A stretch of 64,000 nucleotides of DNA, taken from the IMG/VR virus record IMGVR_UViG_3300013383_000019; one strand, 5' to 3'. The notes under the pieces are model-generated. The model had not been told where the DNA came from. It ran no database searches and saw only the letters and a program-made list of their open reading frames with translations. The first letter of the stretch is position 1. Each line of letters opens with the position of its first letter. Of this stretch, positions 8,272-16,444 are shown piece after piece. This DNA is from a virus. Taxonomy: Duplodnaviria > Heunggongvirae > Uroviricota > Caudoviricetes. Position numbers and translations under genes: made by a program.

Positions 8272-8505
8272 ATGCGGGACGCTATGCGAAACATCTGGGA
8301 ATCTGCGCAAATTGGGCGCAAAGTCGGAGTGGTGGCGCTGGTGATCGTGCTGATGACCGGCGCATTTTTTGTGGGCGGAATCTGGGCGGTCACGCATATG
8401 CACGTCTACACCCGGCAGGGCGGAGAAGTCCGCGCGGAGGTATTCGGCAATGTGTTCAGCCATAACGCCGGGCAAATTCGCAGTTGGAGGGGGCGGATGG
8501 AATGA
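8272..8505 (+). CDS. Small membrane protein, 77 aa.
   Basis: Track ORF with RBS ggaggaa; hydrophobic core VGVVALVIVLMTGAFFVGGIWAV. Confidence 0.55.
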   Translation: MRDAMRNIWESAQIGRKVGVVALVIVLMTGAFFVGGIWAVTHMHVYTRQGGEVRAEVFGNVFSHNAGQIRSWRGRME

Positions 8506-8699
8506 TTGCGAAACTTGCCGCGCTGTATCTGGCGCTGAGCATGGCCGCGTCGGCGGCCTATAATACCTGCCCGCAGCATGCGTGGGACATCGCGGAACAT
8601 CGCAGCGGGCTGTTAATCGTGTCGGTGGACGAGGACGGAATCTGGCTGTTGAACCCGCTGAGCAATGCGGGAGACGATTGGTTAGGAGGAATAAAATGA
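8502..8699 (+). CDS. Hypothetical protein, 65 aa.
   Basis: ATGA overlap with the previous gene; RBS ggaggg. Confidence 0.5.
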   Translation: MIAKLAALYLALSMAASAAYNTCPQHAWDIAEHRSGLLIVSVDEDGIWLLNPLSNAGDDWLGGIK

Positions 8700-8917
8700 G
8701 CAATCTCAAAACGGCAGACCTTTTCGGGCTGGATAATCGCGAAAATTCCAATAATCGCGGAACCTACGACGTTACCATTGCCGGCGGAGAGCGCAAGCGC
8801 AGCGTGTTCGCGCCGACCCGCAAGGACGCAATTCATCAGGCATGGCGGGAGCGCTGGCTTGACCCGGAACTGGGCAACGATTGGGACGAAATCGAAATTA
8901 AACGGAGGAGGAAATAA
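8696..8917 (+). CDS. Hypothetical protein, 73 aa.
   Basis: ATGA overlap; RBS ggagga. Confidence 0.5.
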   Translation: MSNLKTADLFGLDNRENSNNRGTYDVTIAGGERKRSVFAPTRKDAIHQAWRERWLDPELGNDWDEIEIKRRRK

Positions 8918-8919
8918 CC

Positions 8920-9519
8920 ATGTCCATTTACGGAAATTCCATGTTGGCCACACTGCGCCGGGATTGCGACGGCGAATTCATCGCGCTGAGCACCTGCGCA
9001 AAATTGGACGGGCGGCACGGCCGCTTTTTAATCAACGCAGACCGGCTGGGCAAATGGCTGGCTTCAAATACCGGCGACGAATTCTACGATTCTGATTGCG
9101 GAAACTGGCTGCGCATCACTCCGGCGGGAACCCTGCAGCTGTGCTGGGTGAGCAGTGTCGGCGGCAACAAGGGTATGTGTTTAACGCAGACCCTTCGCGT
9201 AGACCGCGCGGCGCTGAAACAGCTCATCACCGGCGAACAGGAATCCTTGAAGCTGTTCGTCCCGGAGAATCGGAGCGGCAGGGCGCGGATTGAACTGGCG
9301 CAGAGCGCCCATGTTCCTCGGAACCCACACATGCGGCGCGCGTTCAGCAAAGCCTTGGCGCGGGCGTTTGGCTGGGAGGGCGCGACCATTACGCTGTACC
9401 CGGACGGCGCGCAGGATTATTACTTCGTGGAGACGTGTGAGAACGGCAAGCGTGGAATCTGCGGCGGGCTGATCTATTCGGATTATCGCGGACATAGCCA
9501 GTATAACGTGCATACCTGA
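8920..9519 (+). CDS. Hypothetical protein, 199 aa.
   Basis: Track ORF with RBS ggaggagg. Confidence 0.6.
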   Translation: MSIYGNSMLATLRRDCDGEFIALSTCAKLDGRHGRFLINADRLGKWLASNTGDEFYDSDCGNWLRITPAGTLQLCWVSSVGGNKGMCLTQTLRVDRAALKQLITGEQESLKLFVPENRSGRARIELAQSAHVPRNPHMRRAFSKALARAFGWEGATITLYPDGAQDYYFVETCENGKRGICGGLIYSDYRGHSQYNVHT

Positions 9520-9537
9520 CAAAGGGAGGATATCGCA

Positions 9538-9666
9538 ATGATGATTTTTACAACTCGCAAGGAAGCGGAAGAATTCGCCTATGGCGATGAAGTTGTCGTC
9601 AAGGTGGACGGCGGCTGGGCAGTCATGAAGGCGCAGGATTATAACGTGTGGAAGGAGCAGAAATAA
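9538..9666 (+). CDS. Small protein, 42 aa.
   Basis: RBS aaagggagga; coupled to the next gene. Confidence 0.4.
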   Translation: MMIFTTRKEAEEFAYGDEVVVKVDGGWAVMKAQDYNVWKEQK

Positions 9667-9668
9667 CC

Positions 9669-10043
9669 ATGATGTACAATACGATTCGAGAAGCTGCGAC
9701 CGCGTGGGTGAATTCATTTAACGCGGTGCCCACTACGGTAGTTGAAAAGCTGATGCAGCTTGACCTTGACGATGTGCGGGAAATCACGCCCGGCCGCAGG
9801 GACGAGGATGCAGACTATCTTCCCATGTGGGGCACGATGTGGTCGTTCGGCGACTCCGCGGACGATTACTGGCTTGAGGAGGAAGACGGGCTGGAGCTTA
9901 TGGCCGAGTGCGGCTTCCGCATCTACGAGCAGGAGGATTTCGGCTACCTCTTCGGTATCGACGGAGCCGGTTACAGCTTCATGGACAACCATTGGATTCC
10001 GCTGTATAAGGCGCGCGGACTGCAGTGGCATAGGGAGGAATGA
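9669..10043 (+). CDS. Hypothetical acidic protein, 124 aa.
   Basis: RBS ggaaggag; in-frame portion of the track ORF 9648..10043. Confidence 0.55.
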   Translation: MMYNTIREAATAWVNSFNAVPTTVVEKLMQLDLDDVREITPGRRDEDADYLPMWGTMWSFGDSADDYWLEEEDGLELMAECGFRIYEQEDFGYLFGIDGAGYSFMDNHWIPLYKARGLQWHREE

Positions 10044-10046
10044 ACC

Positions 10047-10748
10047 ATGCAGCGCTACAAAACCGAATACGATGCTCAGGCCGGTGAATTCATGCGCAAA
10101 TGGGGCGTGAAGATTCGCCGGCATTTTGTTGGGAAAATGCGGTACTTCCCGTATGACCGCGAACCGCGCAACGTGTGGGAAATTACGCTGGAGCGCGGCG
10201 ACCACGGGTATTCCTTCGCGTTCGGAGACAGCTTTGCCAACACGCAGAAATCCCCGCGCCATGAGCCGTCCGATTACAACATTCTGGCGTGCGCATCGGT
10301 GGATTCCCGCTTTGATTGCGCGGATGTGCGGGACATGATCGATAAATATGGATGTGGCGAACCCGGAGATCAGCGCGAATTTGACATACTCAACCGCATT
10401 TTGCTTACATCTAACGAACACAGTCGAAAACTGCGAGAAATGTTCGCGGATTGTCTCGACGAATTGCGGAGATTCGGTGATATGGCGGACGTGAACCCGA
10501 AACTTCGTCCGGAACTTGAACCGCTGACGGAGAAAATTCAGCGCCATGAGCTCCGGCTCCAGCAGTACGGCGAGCAGTTGCGGGAAAAGGGCGGATACAA
10601 GGATTATGAAACCCAGTTTGCGTGGGACGTGCTGCACAAAGTGATGATGACGTTCGAAATCCACAGATGGTATGACGAATATGGCTGCAACGACCAGGAT
10701 ATCACGGCGCTGGCCATTGCGGCGTGCAAAAAGGCGGGGGTGCTGTGA
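10047..10748 (+). CDS. Hypothetical protein, 233 aa.
   Basis: Track ORF with RBS gggagga. Confidence 0.6.
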   Translation: MQRYKTEYDAQAGEFMRKWGVKIRRHFVGKMRYFPYDREPRNVWEITLERGDHGYSFAFGDSFANTQKSPRHEPSDYNILACASVDSRFDCADVRDMIDKYGCGEPGDQREFDILNRILLTSNEHSRKLREMFADCLDELRRFGDMADVNPKLRPELEPLTEKIQRHELRLQQYGEQLREKGGYKDYETQFAWDVLHKVMMTFEIHRWYDEYGCNDQDITALAIAACKKAGVL

Positions 10749-10943
10749 ATGGTAAAGATCGAATTTGCAACAGGCAACGCGGCCTTCGAGGGCGATTACG
10801 AAATCGCGGAAGTGCTCACTTGTCTCGACCGGCTGAAGGGGCTCATTTATTCCGGCCGCAGGAGCGGCAAGGTTATGGACAGCAACGGGAACTGCGTCGG
10901 CGAATGGACGCTGGATTCGAAAAATGCGAAAGCAGAGGGTTAG
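10749..10943 (+). CDS. Hypothetical protein, 64 aa, ending ..KNAKAEG*(TAG).
   Basis: Track ORF. Its 29-bp 3' junction sequence is repeated at 11158. Confidence 0.5.
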   Translation: MVKIEFATGNAAFEGDYEIAEVLTCLDRLKGLIYSGRRSGKVMDSNGNCVGEWTLDSKNAKAEG

Positions 10944-10945
10944 CG

Positions 10946-11182
10946 ATGGACGATGCGCGTTATGCCTGCAAATATTGCGGCACGGAAATCCTGTGGGAAA
11001 AGTCTGACGAGAATCGCGGCGAGATTTGGTGCTGCGAAAAGTGCGGCGAACCCTTTTGCGCGCAGTGCGCGATCGACCGCATCGGTAAGCAGGCTTATCT
11101 GGATATGATGCAGATGAAGAAGGGCGACGAGTTGATTCTTTGTCCGGACTGTTATGCGAAAAATGCGAAAGCGGAGGGTTAG
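10946..11182 (+). CDS. Zinc-ribbon protein, 78 aa (CxxC ... CxxC ... CxxC), also ending KNAKAEG*(TAG).
   Basis: RBS gagggttagcgATG; four CxxC pairs. Confidence 0.55.
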   Translation: MDDARYACKYCGTEILWEKSDENRGEIWCCEKCGEPFCAQCAIDRIGKQAYLDMMQMKKGDELILCPDCYAKNAKAEG

Positions 11183-11184
11183 CG

Positions 11185-11604
11185 ATGGGACGCGGAAACT
11201 ATCTCGCCTACGGCGGCAATTACGGGGACTGTGGTTATCAGTGGTATGTGGACAACGACGTCTGGAACTGGGACGACGACCCCGAAAACACCCGCGCAAT
11301 GCTCATAGCGCGTTATAAATCCTTCGGCCCCTGCGATAAGTGGCTGGATCGTGAAAGCCATGTATTCGCGCAGAACCGGCTGTTCTATGTGGGCGTGGCC
11401 GATAACGAGAATTCCTGCGCCATTTTTCTCTCGCCCCGCGACGACGGCTTTGTCCGGAATGAGCAGCGGCGGCACTATCCCCGCTATCGGGCGGCGCTTG
11501 AGGGCATGCTGTGCGATCTGGTCGGCGTGGAAAATGTGCGCATACGAACCTCCGCATGGACTTCGCAAAGCCTTGCGGCCAACGACGAAACGAAAGGAGC
11601 CTGA
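11185..11604 (+). CDS. Hypothetical protein, 139 aa.
   Basis: Starts after the duplicated junction; in frame with the end of track ORF 11140..11604. Confidence 0.55.
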   Translation: MGRGNYLAYGGNYGDCGYQWYVDNDVWNWDDDPENTRAMLIARYKSFGPCDKWLDRESHVFAQNRLFYVGVADNENSCAIFLSPRDDGFVRNEQRRHYPRYRAALEGMLCDLVGVENVRIRTSAWTSQSLAANDETKGA

Positions 11605-11607
11605 ACC

Positions 11608-11928
11608 ATGGAAGAACTGAATCGTATCTGCGAAGAACTTGCCCGCATTGCGAAGGCGCTGGGCGCGGACGAACCCGAAATCGAACGCGAAGCCGAGCGG
11701 CGGCTGCGCGAACAGGCCAACCGCGAAGCCTTCATCCGGTCGAGCCGGGATTTCCTGCGCAAGGTCAACCCGCGGCTTGCGCATGTCGGCTATTACTATG
11801 ACGAAGCGGCCGGCGTGGAGCAGGCCGTGCTGCTGTTCCCGAATCGGCTGGTAAATGTGGACGTGGCCGGGATGGATACGCTGGCGCTCACCAAGGAACT
11901 CATGTGGGCGGCGGCGGACGTGGCGTGA
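11608..11928 (+). CDS. Hypothetical protein, 106 aa.
   Basis: Track ORF with RBS aaaggag. Confidence 0.55.
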   Translation: MEELNRICEELARIAKALGADEPEIEREAERRLREQANREAFIRSSRDFLRKVNPRLAHVGYYYDEAAGVEQAVLLFPNRLVNVDVAGMDTLALTKELMWAAADVA

Positions 11929-11942
11929 GCCGGAGGATGCAA

Positions 11943-12200
11943 ATGAGACACGCAGTGATTATTCATTACCCGGAATGCGATACCGAGGACGAAGTGGCCG
12001 TGTTCACCACTACGGCGACCCGCTCTGAACTATTGAACGCGCTGGAGCGCGCAAAAGAAGTCTACCGCAAACCGTACATTTCAGACCGGTTCGACCGCGC
12101 CTACTGGACGTGCAAAATGGCGGCGAAGCTGGTGAACGGAACGTGGGGGTTCGTTGCCCCGGACACCGTTATGATCGACATTGAAGAACCGGAGGGATGA
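11943..12200 (+). CDS. Hypothetical protein, 85 aa.
   Basis: RBS ggagga; in frame with track ORF 11904..12200. Confidence 0.5.
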   Translation: MRHAVIIHYPECDTEDEVAVFTTTATRSELLNALERAKEVYRKPYISDRFDRAYWTCKMAAKLVNGTWGFVAPDTVMIDIEEPEG

Positions 12201-12499
12201 AAATGCTTTCGCAAACTGATCTCTGGAAGCTGCGGCAGGAAATCCCGCTGGGCTCCCTGTATGTTGCAGACTATCGCAATAGCTTTGGAATCGATCCGCA
12301 CAAGGTTTGCGATTTCTTCGACGGATTTCTGGAATTCGTCGGGGAGGAAATGCGGGAGGACCACCCCGGATTTGACGACAAGGATTTCTGGGAGCTGCTC
12401 CCCGATTACGATACCCCGGAACAGTTGCTGGACTGGTATTACTGCTTTGAGGAAGACCCATTGCCGCTAGCGAAGACCGAAGATGATAAGGAGGCTTGA
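12197..12499 (+). CDS. Hypothetical acidic protein, 100 aa.
   Basis: Track ORF with RBS ggaggg. Confidence 0.55.
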   Translation: MKMLSQTDLWKLRQEIPLGSLYVADYRNSFGIDPHKVCDFFDGFLEFVGEEMREDHPGFDDKDFWELLPDYDTPEQLLDWYYCFEEDPLPLAKTEDDKEA

Positions 12500-12501
12500 C
12501 T

Positions 12502-12978
12502 ATGCACGGCAGAATTTATCAGATTGAAACTCACCCACTCGTTCCGGACGAGGCCCTGAGCATAAGCTGGGATTTGGACGATATCAAACCCGAAATCGCG
12601 GATTATGTGGACGACGACCCGAACCCAACCAGCTCCATCTCTTGGCTGAAGAAAAATCTGGCGAATCGCTGCGGCGACACCATCATCATTCTGGACGACG
12701 GATTCATCTTGCGGGAAGGTTTCCGCGAAGCGTACTTTCGGCATGCTCATGAAAGATTTCTCAACGAATTACGCGGACTTGAAAAGTATTCTCTTTCCGA
12801 TTTTGCTACCGGTCAAATCTGGGAGGGCGTATTCAATCTGAATGAAGACTATAACGACAGGTTCGGCGATTACGTTTGGTCGGAGGAGAATGGCCTCGAA
12901 ACCCGCGACGAGTTCATGCGGCGCGCGAAGCCAGGAATCCGCTATTACTTCGGCGGTACGCTGGATTATCACTGGTAA
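12502..12978 (+). CDS. Hypothetical protein, 158 aa.
   Basis: RBS aaggagg. Confidence 0.55.
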   Translation: MHGRIYQIETHPLVPDEALSISWDLDDIKPEIADYVDDDPNPTSSISWLKKNLANRCGDTIIILDDGFILREGFREAYFRHAHERFLNELRGLEKYSLSDFATGQIWEGVFNLNEDYNDRFGDYVWSEENGLETRDEFMRRAKPGIRYYFGGTLDYHW

Positions 12979-12998
12979 ACACGGGAGGAGGAAGAATT

Positions 12999-13268
12999 AT
13001 GGCAAATGGATTTGACAAGCTCGGCTTCTTTGAAATGTCGTGCAAGGAATATTGCTGCGAAGAGGTACCGATGTTCGAGAGACTTATCTGGAACGTCATT
13101 TGCGACGCCTATACCAACCACAACACCAGCAAAGACCAGATAGTGCTGCGTCTGGCGGACATGCTGCCTGATTACTCCTTCGGCGAAGTCGCGCAGTTTG
13201 CAGACGATTCCTGCCTAACCGAATGGGGCAAGGCTGAGAAGCGCGAATGGAAGGAGGCACACAAATGA
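12999..13268 (+). CDS. Hypothetical Cys-containing protein, 89 aa.
   Basis: RBS gggaggagg. Confidence 0.5.
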   Translation: MANGFDKLGFFEMSCKEYCCEEVPMFERLIWNVICDAYTNHNTSKDQIVLRLADMLPDYSFGEVAQFADDSCLTEWGKAEKREWKEAHK

Positions 13269-13579
13269 CCGGCAAGCTCAGCCGGTATGAGATGGAAACC
13301 AGCATCCTCTGGAATGAGGAAGAGAAAACCTGCACCTGCTTCACCTGCTCCCCGGCGCTTCAGCGCAGGCTGGACGGTTTATGTGCAAAATCCTTGTTGA
13401 TTCACAGGGAAGAAATGGGCGACGGTGGTATCCGGTACACTTTCCCCAAGAAGTGGGTGCGTGTCGTTATGCCTTGTGCGCTCACAGAGGAAGAGAAAGA
13501 AAAACGCGCCCTGCGCATTAAGGAAGCGCGCGAACAGCGGCGTATCGCGAAGAAGGAGGAACCGGCGAATGAGAATTGA
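13265..13579 (+). CDS. Hypothetical protein, 104 aa.
   Basis: RBS ggaaggagg; 4-nt overlap. Confidence 0.5.
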   Translation: MTGKLSRYEMETSILWNEEEKTCTCFTCSPALQRRLDGLCAKSLLIHREEMGDGGIRYTFPKKWVRVVMPCALTEEEKEKRALRIKEAREQRRIAKKEEPANEN

Positions 13580-13955
13580 GTGCTGCGTGCCCGTTGCGGG
13601 CGTGGATATCAGTAAGGCGCGCAATGCGCGCATGGTGGATGCCAAGACCAACCGTATCCGGCTCTCCGTGATCTATAATTTGGGCGGAACCAACTGTTTC
13701 ACCTACAAGAACGAACCCCGCGGCTATTACCTGCACGCCACGCCGGAATATGAGTATGGGCACGTGGTAAGTTGTTTCCTCGGCTCAGGCATTAAACATT
13801 TGCTGCTGGAAGTGCCGCGCCAATCCAAGAAGCGGGCGATAGAAGCTTGTGCCAATGCGGAACAGCTCGCCCCGCAGCTGGTGGAATGGTGCTGCAACGA
13901 ATACGGGCTGACCGTAGAGCCGACCGAAATCAAATTCAACGTGGAGGGAAAATAA
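13569..13955 (+). CDS. Hypothetical protein, 128 aa.
   Basis: RBS aggagga. Confidence 0.5.
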   Translation: MRIECCVPVAGVDISKARNARMVDAKTNRIRLSVIYNLGGTNCFTYKNEPRGYYLHATPEYEYGHVVSCFLGSGIKHLLLEVPRQSKKRAIEACANAEQLAPQLVEWCCNEYGLTVEPTEIKFNVEGK

Positions 13956-14290
13956 TGAAGCTCATCACAAAAGAAATCGAACGCCGGCTGGAAAAATATC
14001 CGTTTGGCTCGCAGGACGGCGAAGGCAAAGGCGCACAGGTGCTGGTCAAGTTCTTCGGCGGCGGCACCTGCACATGGCTGGTCACGGAAGCGGAACGTAC
14101 CGACGACGGCGGCTGGGATTTCTACGGCCTTGCCAACATCGGCTACGGCTGGGAGTGGGGCTGGTTCAGCCTGCAGGAGCTGGAAGAAGTGAAGTTCCCG
14201 CCGTTCGGTCTGGGCGTTGAGCGGGATCTATATCTGCCCGCCGGCGCAGTCGTGAAAGACCTGATCGGGGAGGATGCCGTTTTTTGCTGA
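13955..14290 (+). CDS. Conserved phage/ICE-type hypothetical protein, 111 aa (KYPFGSQDGEGKGAQVLVKFFGGGTCTWLVTE...GWEWGWF).
   Basis: RBS ggaggg; the motif pattern recalls conserved mobile-element proteins, but the family name is uncertain. Confidence 0.5.
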   Translation: MKLITKEIERRLEKYPFGSQDGEGKGAQVLVKFFGGGTCTWLVTEAERTDDGGWDFYGLANIGYGWEWGWFSLQELEEVKFPPFGLGVERDLYLPAGAVVKDLIGEDAVFC

Positions 14291-14404
14291 GAATCCTTAA
14301 TGCGGCACAAGCGCGGAGAAGATGTCGCACCGGATAGGGGTTAGGATACACCGCGAACTAGAGCATGAGAAACCCTGTGTCTGCAGGGGCTTGGAGGACA
14401 AAGA

Positions 14405-14755
14405 ATGGGCTATCTGACTTCGTATTCTATGGAGGCGCTGCATGTCGCGGCGCAGGATGTTGAAAAGATAGAAGCGGCTATCGAGGAGCTGAATATGCCG
14501 CTGGGCGACTTCTATTACGACCCGCAGGATCAGGTCTTTAACGCGGAGCCGAATGGAGAATGGCGCTGGTACGGCCATGAGGACGATATGGCTGAGCTCA
14601 GCGAGCGTTTCCCCGGCGCGCTCTTCAAGCTGCACGGCGAGGGAGAGAACCGCGACGATGTGTGGGATAAATACTTCGCCGGCGGCGAGATGATCGAGAA
14701 GGTTTACGCGGTGATGTTTATGCCGGAGCCGAAGAAGGTGAAATGGGAGGCGTAG
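14405..14755 (+). CDS. Hypothetical acidic protein, 116 aa; ends in TAG.
   Basis: Track ORF with RBS ggaggacaaaga. Confidence 0.55.
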   Translation: MGYLTSYSMEALHVAAQDVEKIEAAIEELNMPLGDFYYDPQDQVFNAEPNGEWRWYGHEDDMAELSERFPGALFKLHGEGENRDDVWDKYFAGGEMIEKVYAVMFMPEPKKVKWEA

Positions 14756-14837
14756 GTCGGTACACCGACATACGAAGCAAGGAGGGCAGAATAAATTAAA
14801 CTATCATTCATTCAGCAAGAATAGCGCAGTTAATGTA

Positions 14838-14869
14838 ACCGTCGCAAATACTCTGCGGCGGTTTTTATT
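14838..14869 (+). terminator. Rho-independent terminator at the end of the early operon.
   Basis: Stem accgtcgca / tgcggcggt (one mismatch) followed by ttttatt. Confidence 0.5.
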
Positions 14870-14890
14870 AATCAAACGGAGGTTATAATT

Positions 14891-15868
14891 ATGCAGAAAG
14901 TCAACGTGAACGCGAACGGAACTTCCAAGCCTACCACCCTTGAAGATATCGCGAAAATCGTCGGGTGCAGCGAGAGCCACGCCTATTGCGTTCTTACCGG
15001 CAGGAACAATGGAACAGACGCAGATAAAATTCGCGAAGTCGCCCGGAAGATGAATTATGATCCACGCAAGGCAAAGCTGAAAAGAAGCTGGGATATTGCT
15101 GATTTGGAAAAGATCCAGGCACCTGCCGCCCCTGTGGCGTCCTTCGCCGAGTTGGGAGAGTTGCTTGGCTTCAAGCGCCAAAATGTAAGTAGTTATTACT
15201 ACGGCTCGCAGGGTTCCCCCGCGCTCATCGCTTATGTCCGCGCCGCCGCAGAACGCTTTGGCTATATCCCCGGCCGGAAAAAGAAGCGCAGCAAACCTTC
15301 CGGCTACGTCTCCGCCAAAGACATCGCCCAGCGCACCGGCTATGCGGTCAGCACCGTATACAACGCGCTCGAATCCACCCCGAACAGGCTCCCCGCGGCC
15401 ACCGTTCAGAAAATCCGGGACGCCGCCAAAGAAATGGGCTATAACCCCGCCCGCTATCAGCCGCCGCACACCGGCAAGCAGAACCCGCACGCTTACTTGA
15501 AGCATTCCAATTTCCCCTCTCCGGAGGTCGAGAAGGAACGCATGGAAATCCTGCGCAAGCAGGGCTATACCAATGAAGAAATCGCCCAGAAAATCGGCAA
15601 GTCCTACCTGCACGTGCTCACCAAGCTCGGCGCGCAGCCCAAGGCCATCACGCACATGAGTCTCACCGCCGCGGCCGCAGATCGCCGCTTCCGCAAACAG
15701 CTGCGCGAACGCTATCAGCTGCAGGGCATGCTGGAAGAATACATCGCTGCCGAGGCCGAGCTGGAGCAGATGAAGGCAAAGGAATCCGCGCTCAAGGCCA
15801 AGATCGTCGAGCTCAAGCCGCATGTCGACCGCGCCGGCCAGCTCGATAAGCAAATTTCCGCAAAATAA
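14891..15868 (+). CDS. Regulator with four tandem helix-turn-helix domains (at least two LacI-type HTHs) and a C-terminal coiled coil; no ligand-binding domain.
   Basis: TLEDIAKIVGCSESHAYCVLTG...KIREVARKMNYDP and SAKDIAQRTGYAVSTVYNALES...KIRDAAKEMGYNP are LacI-HTH-like repeats; FAELGELLGFKRQNVSSYY and TNEEIAQKIGKSYLHVLTKLG are two further HTHs. Confidence 0.6.
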   Translation: MQKVNVNANGTSKPTTLEDIAKIVGCSESHAYCVLTGRNNGTDADKIREVARKMNYDPRKAKLKRSWDIADLEKIQAPAAPVASFAELGELLGFKRQNVSSYYYGSQGSPALIAYVRAAAERFGYIPGRKKKRSKPSGYVSAKDIAQRTGYAVSTVYNALESTPNRLPAATVQKIRDAAKEMGYNPARYQPPHTGKQNPHAYLKHSNFPSPEVEKERMEILRKQGYTNEEIAQKIGKSYLHVLTKLGAQPKAITHMSLTAAAADRRFRKQLRERYQLQGMLEEYIAAEAELEQMKAKESALKAKIVELKPHVDRAGQLDKQISAK

Positions 15869-15896
15869 TTTTGCACAGGTGAAAAAACAGGGGCTC

Positions 15897-15916
15897 AAAT
15901 GTTCCCTTTATTATAC
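15897..15916 (+). promoter_or_regulatory. Conserved phage promoter motif AAATGTTCCCTTTATTATA, copy 2 of 5.
   Basis: The same 18-mer as at 3950(-), 29139, 48355 and 53843; about 30 nt upstream of the ATG at 15948. Confidence 0.55.
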
Positions 15917-15947
15917 GAGAAAACAATTTTCCAAGGAGGTCGATCCC

Positions 15948-16229
15948 ATGCCTGAAAACTTCATCGACCTGTGCTACGAACTCATCAAGCAGCTGGAACA
16001 GAACCACGAACTGTTCGAGAAGATCGAGCGCGGCGAAATCACCGATAACGAGGAGGGCCAGCTGATCGTCAACGCCGCGGTCGCGGCCAAAGGGGCGCTC
16101 GAAGCCGAAATCCGCCGCCGCATGAGCGATCCCACCGTGCCCGAAGAGGATAAGGCCGCCGGCGCGATGCTGGTTCTCTCCTATGACGCGGAACGGAAGA
16201 ACGGAAAAGAGGAGGCGCTCGCGGAATGA
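15948..16229 (+). CDS. Hypothetical protein, 93 aa.
   Basis: RBS aaggagg. Confidence 0.5.
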   Translation: MPENFIDLCYELIKQLEQNHELFEKIERGEITDNEEGQLIVNAAVAAKGALEAEIRRRMSDPTVPEEDKAAGAMLVLSYDAERKNGKEEALAE

Positions 16230-16429
16230 CCCACGTAGTCACAGTTGAAATCCGCCGGTTCTACCGGGTGTATGTCGAAGACGAAAACAATTCCCTGACC
16301 GGCAGCGAAATCACCGATAAAGCAAAGGAGGAAGTGCTCGAACATCAGGACGCTGTGCTGACCGACGACCTTGATCTGGAAATCGAACCGCAGGATATCC
16401 TGCACGTCGAATATGAATATTCATTCTAA
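16226..16429 (+). CDS. Hypothetical acidic protein, 67 aa.
   Basis: Track ORF with a 4-nt overlap. Confidence 0.45.
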   Translation: MTHVVTVEIRRFYRVYVEDENNSLTGSEITDKAKEEVLEHQDAVLTDDLDLEIEPQDILHVEYEYSF

Positions 16430-16444
16430 TAGGAGCGTATAATT

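Noticed and set aside
10648-10668. tRNA-like T-loop sequence gacgttcgaaatcc, and other TTCGA hits at 6990-7010 and 60965-60990 that contain 'ttctagg'.
   Set aside because: No complementary acceptor, D-stem or anticodon-stem pairings could be built around them. The first lies inside a coding gene. No convincing tRNA, and in particular no CUA-anticodon tRNA, was found in the window.
8123-14755. A global genetic-code change in which TAG is always a sense codon.
   Set aside because: Early genes 8123, 10749, 10946 and 14405 end in TAG directly before the next start. Read-through would add long junk extensions, about 140 aa after 10946. So TAG must still work as a stop for part of the gene set.
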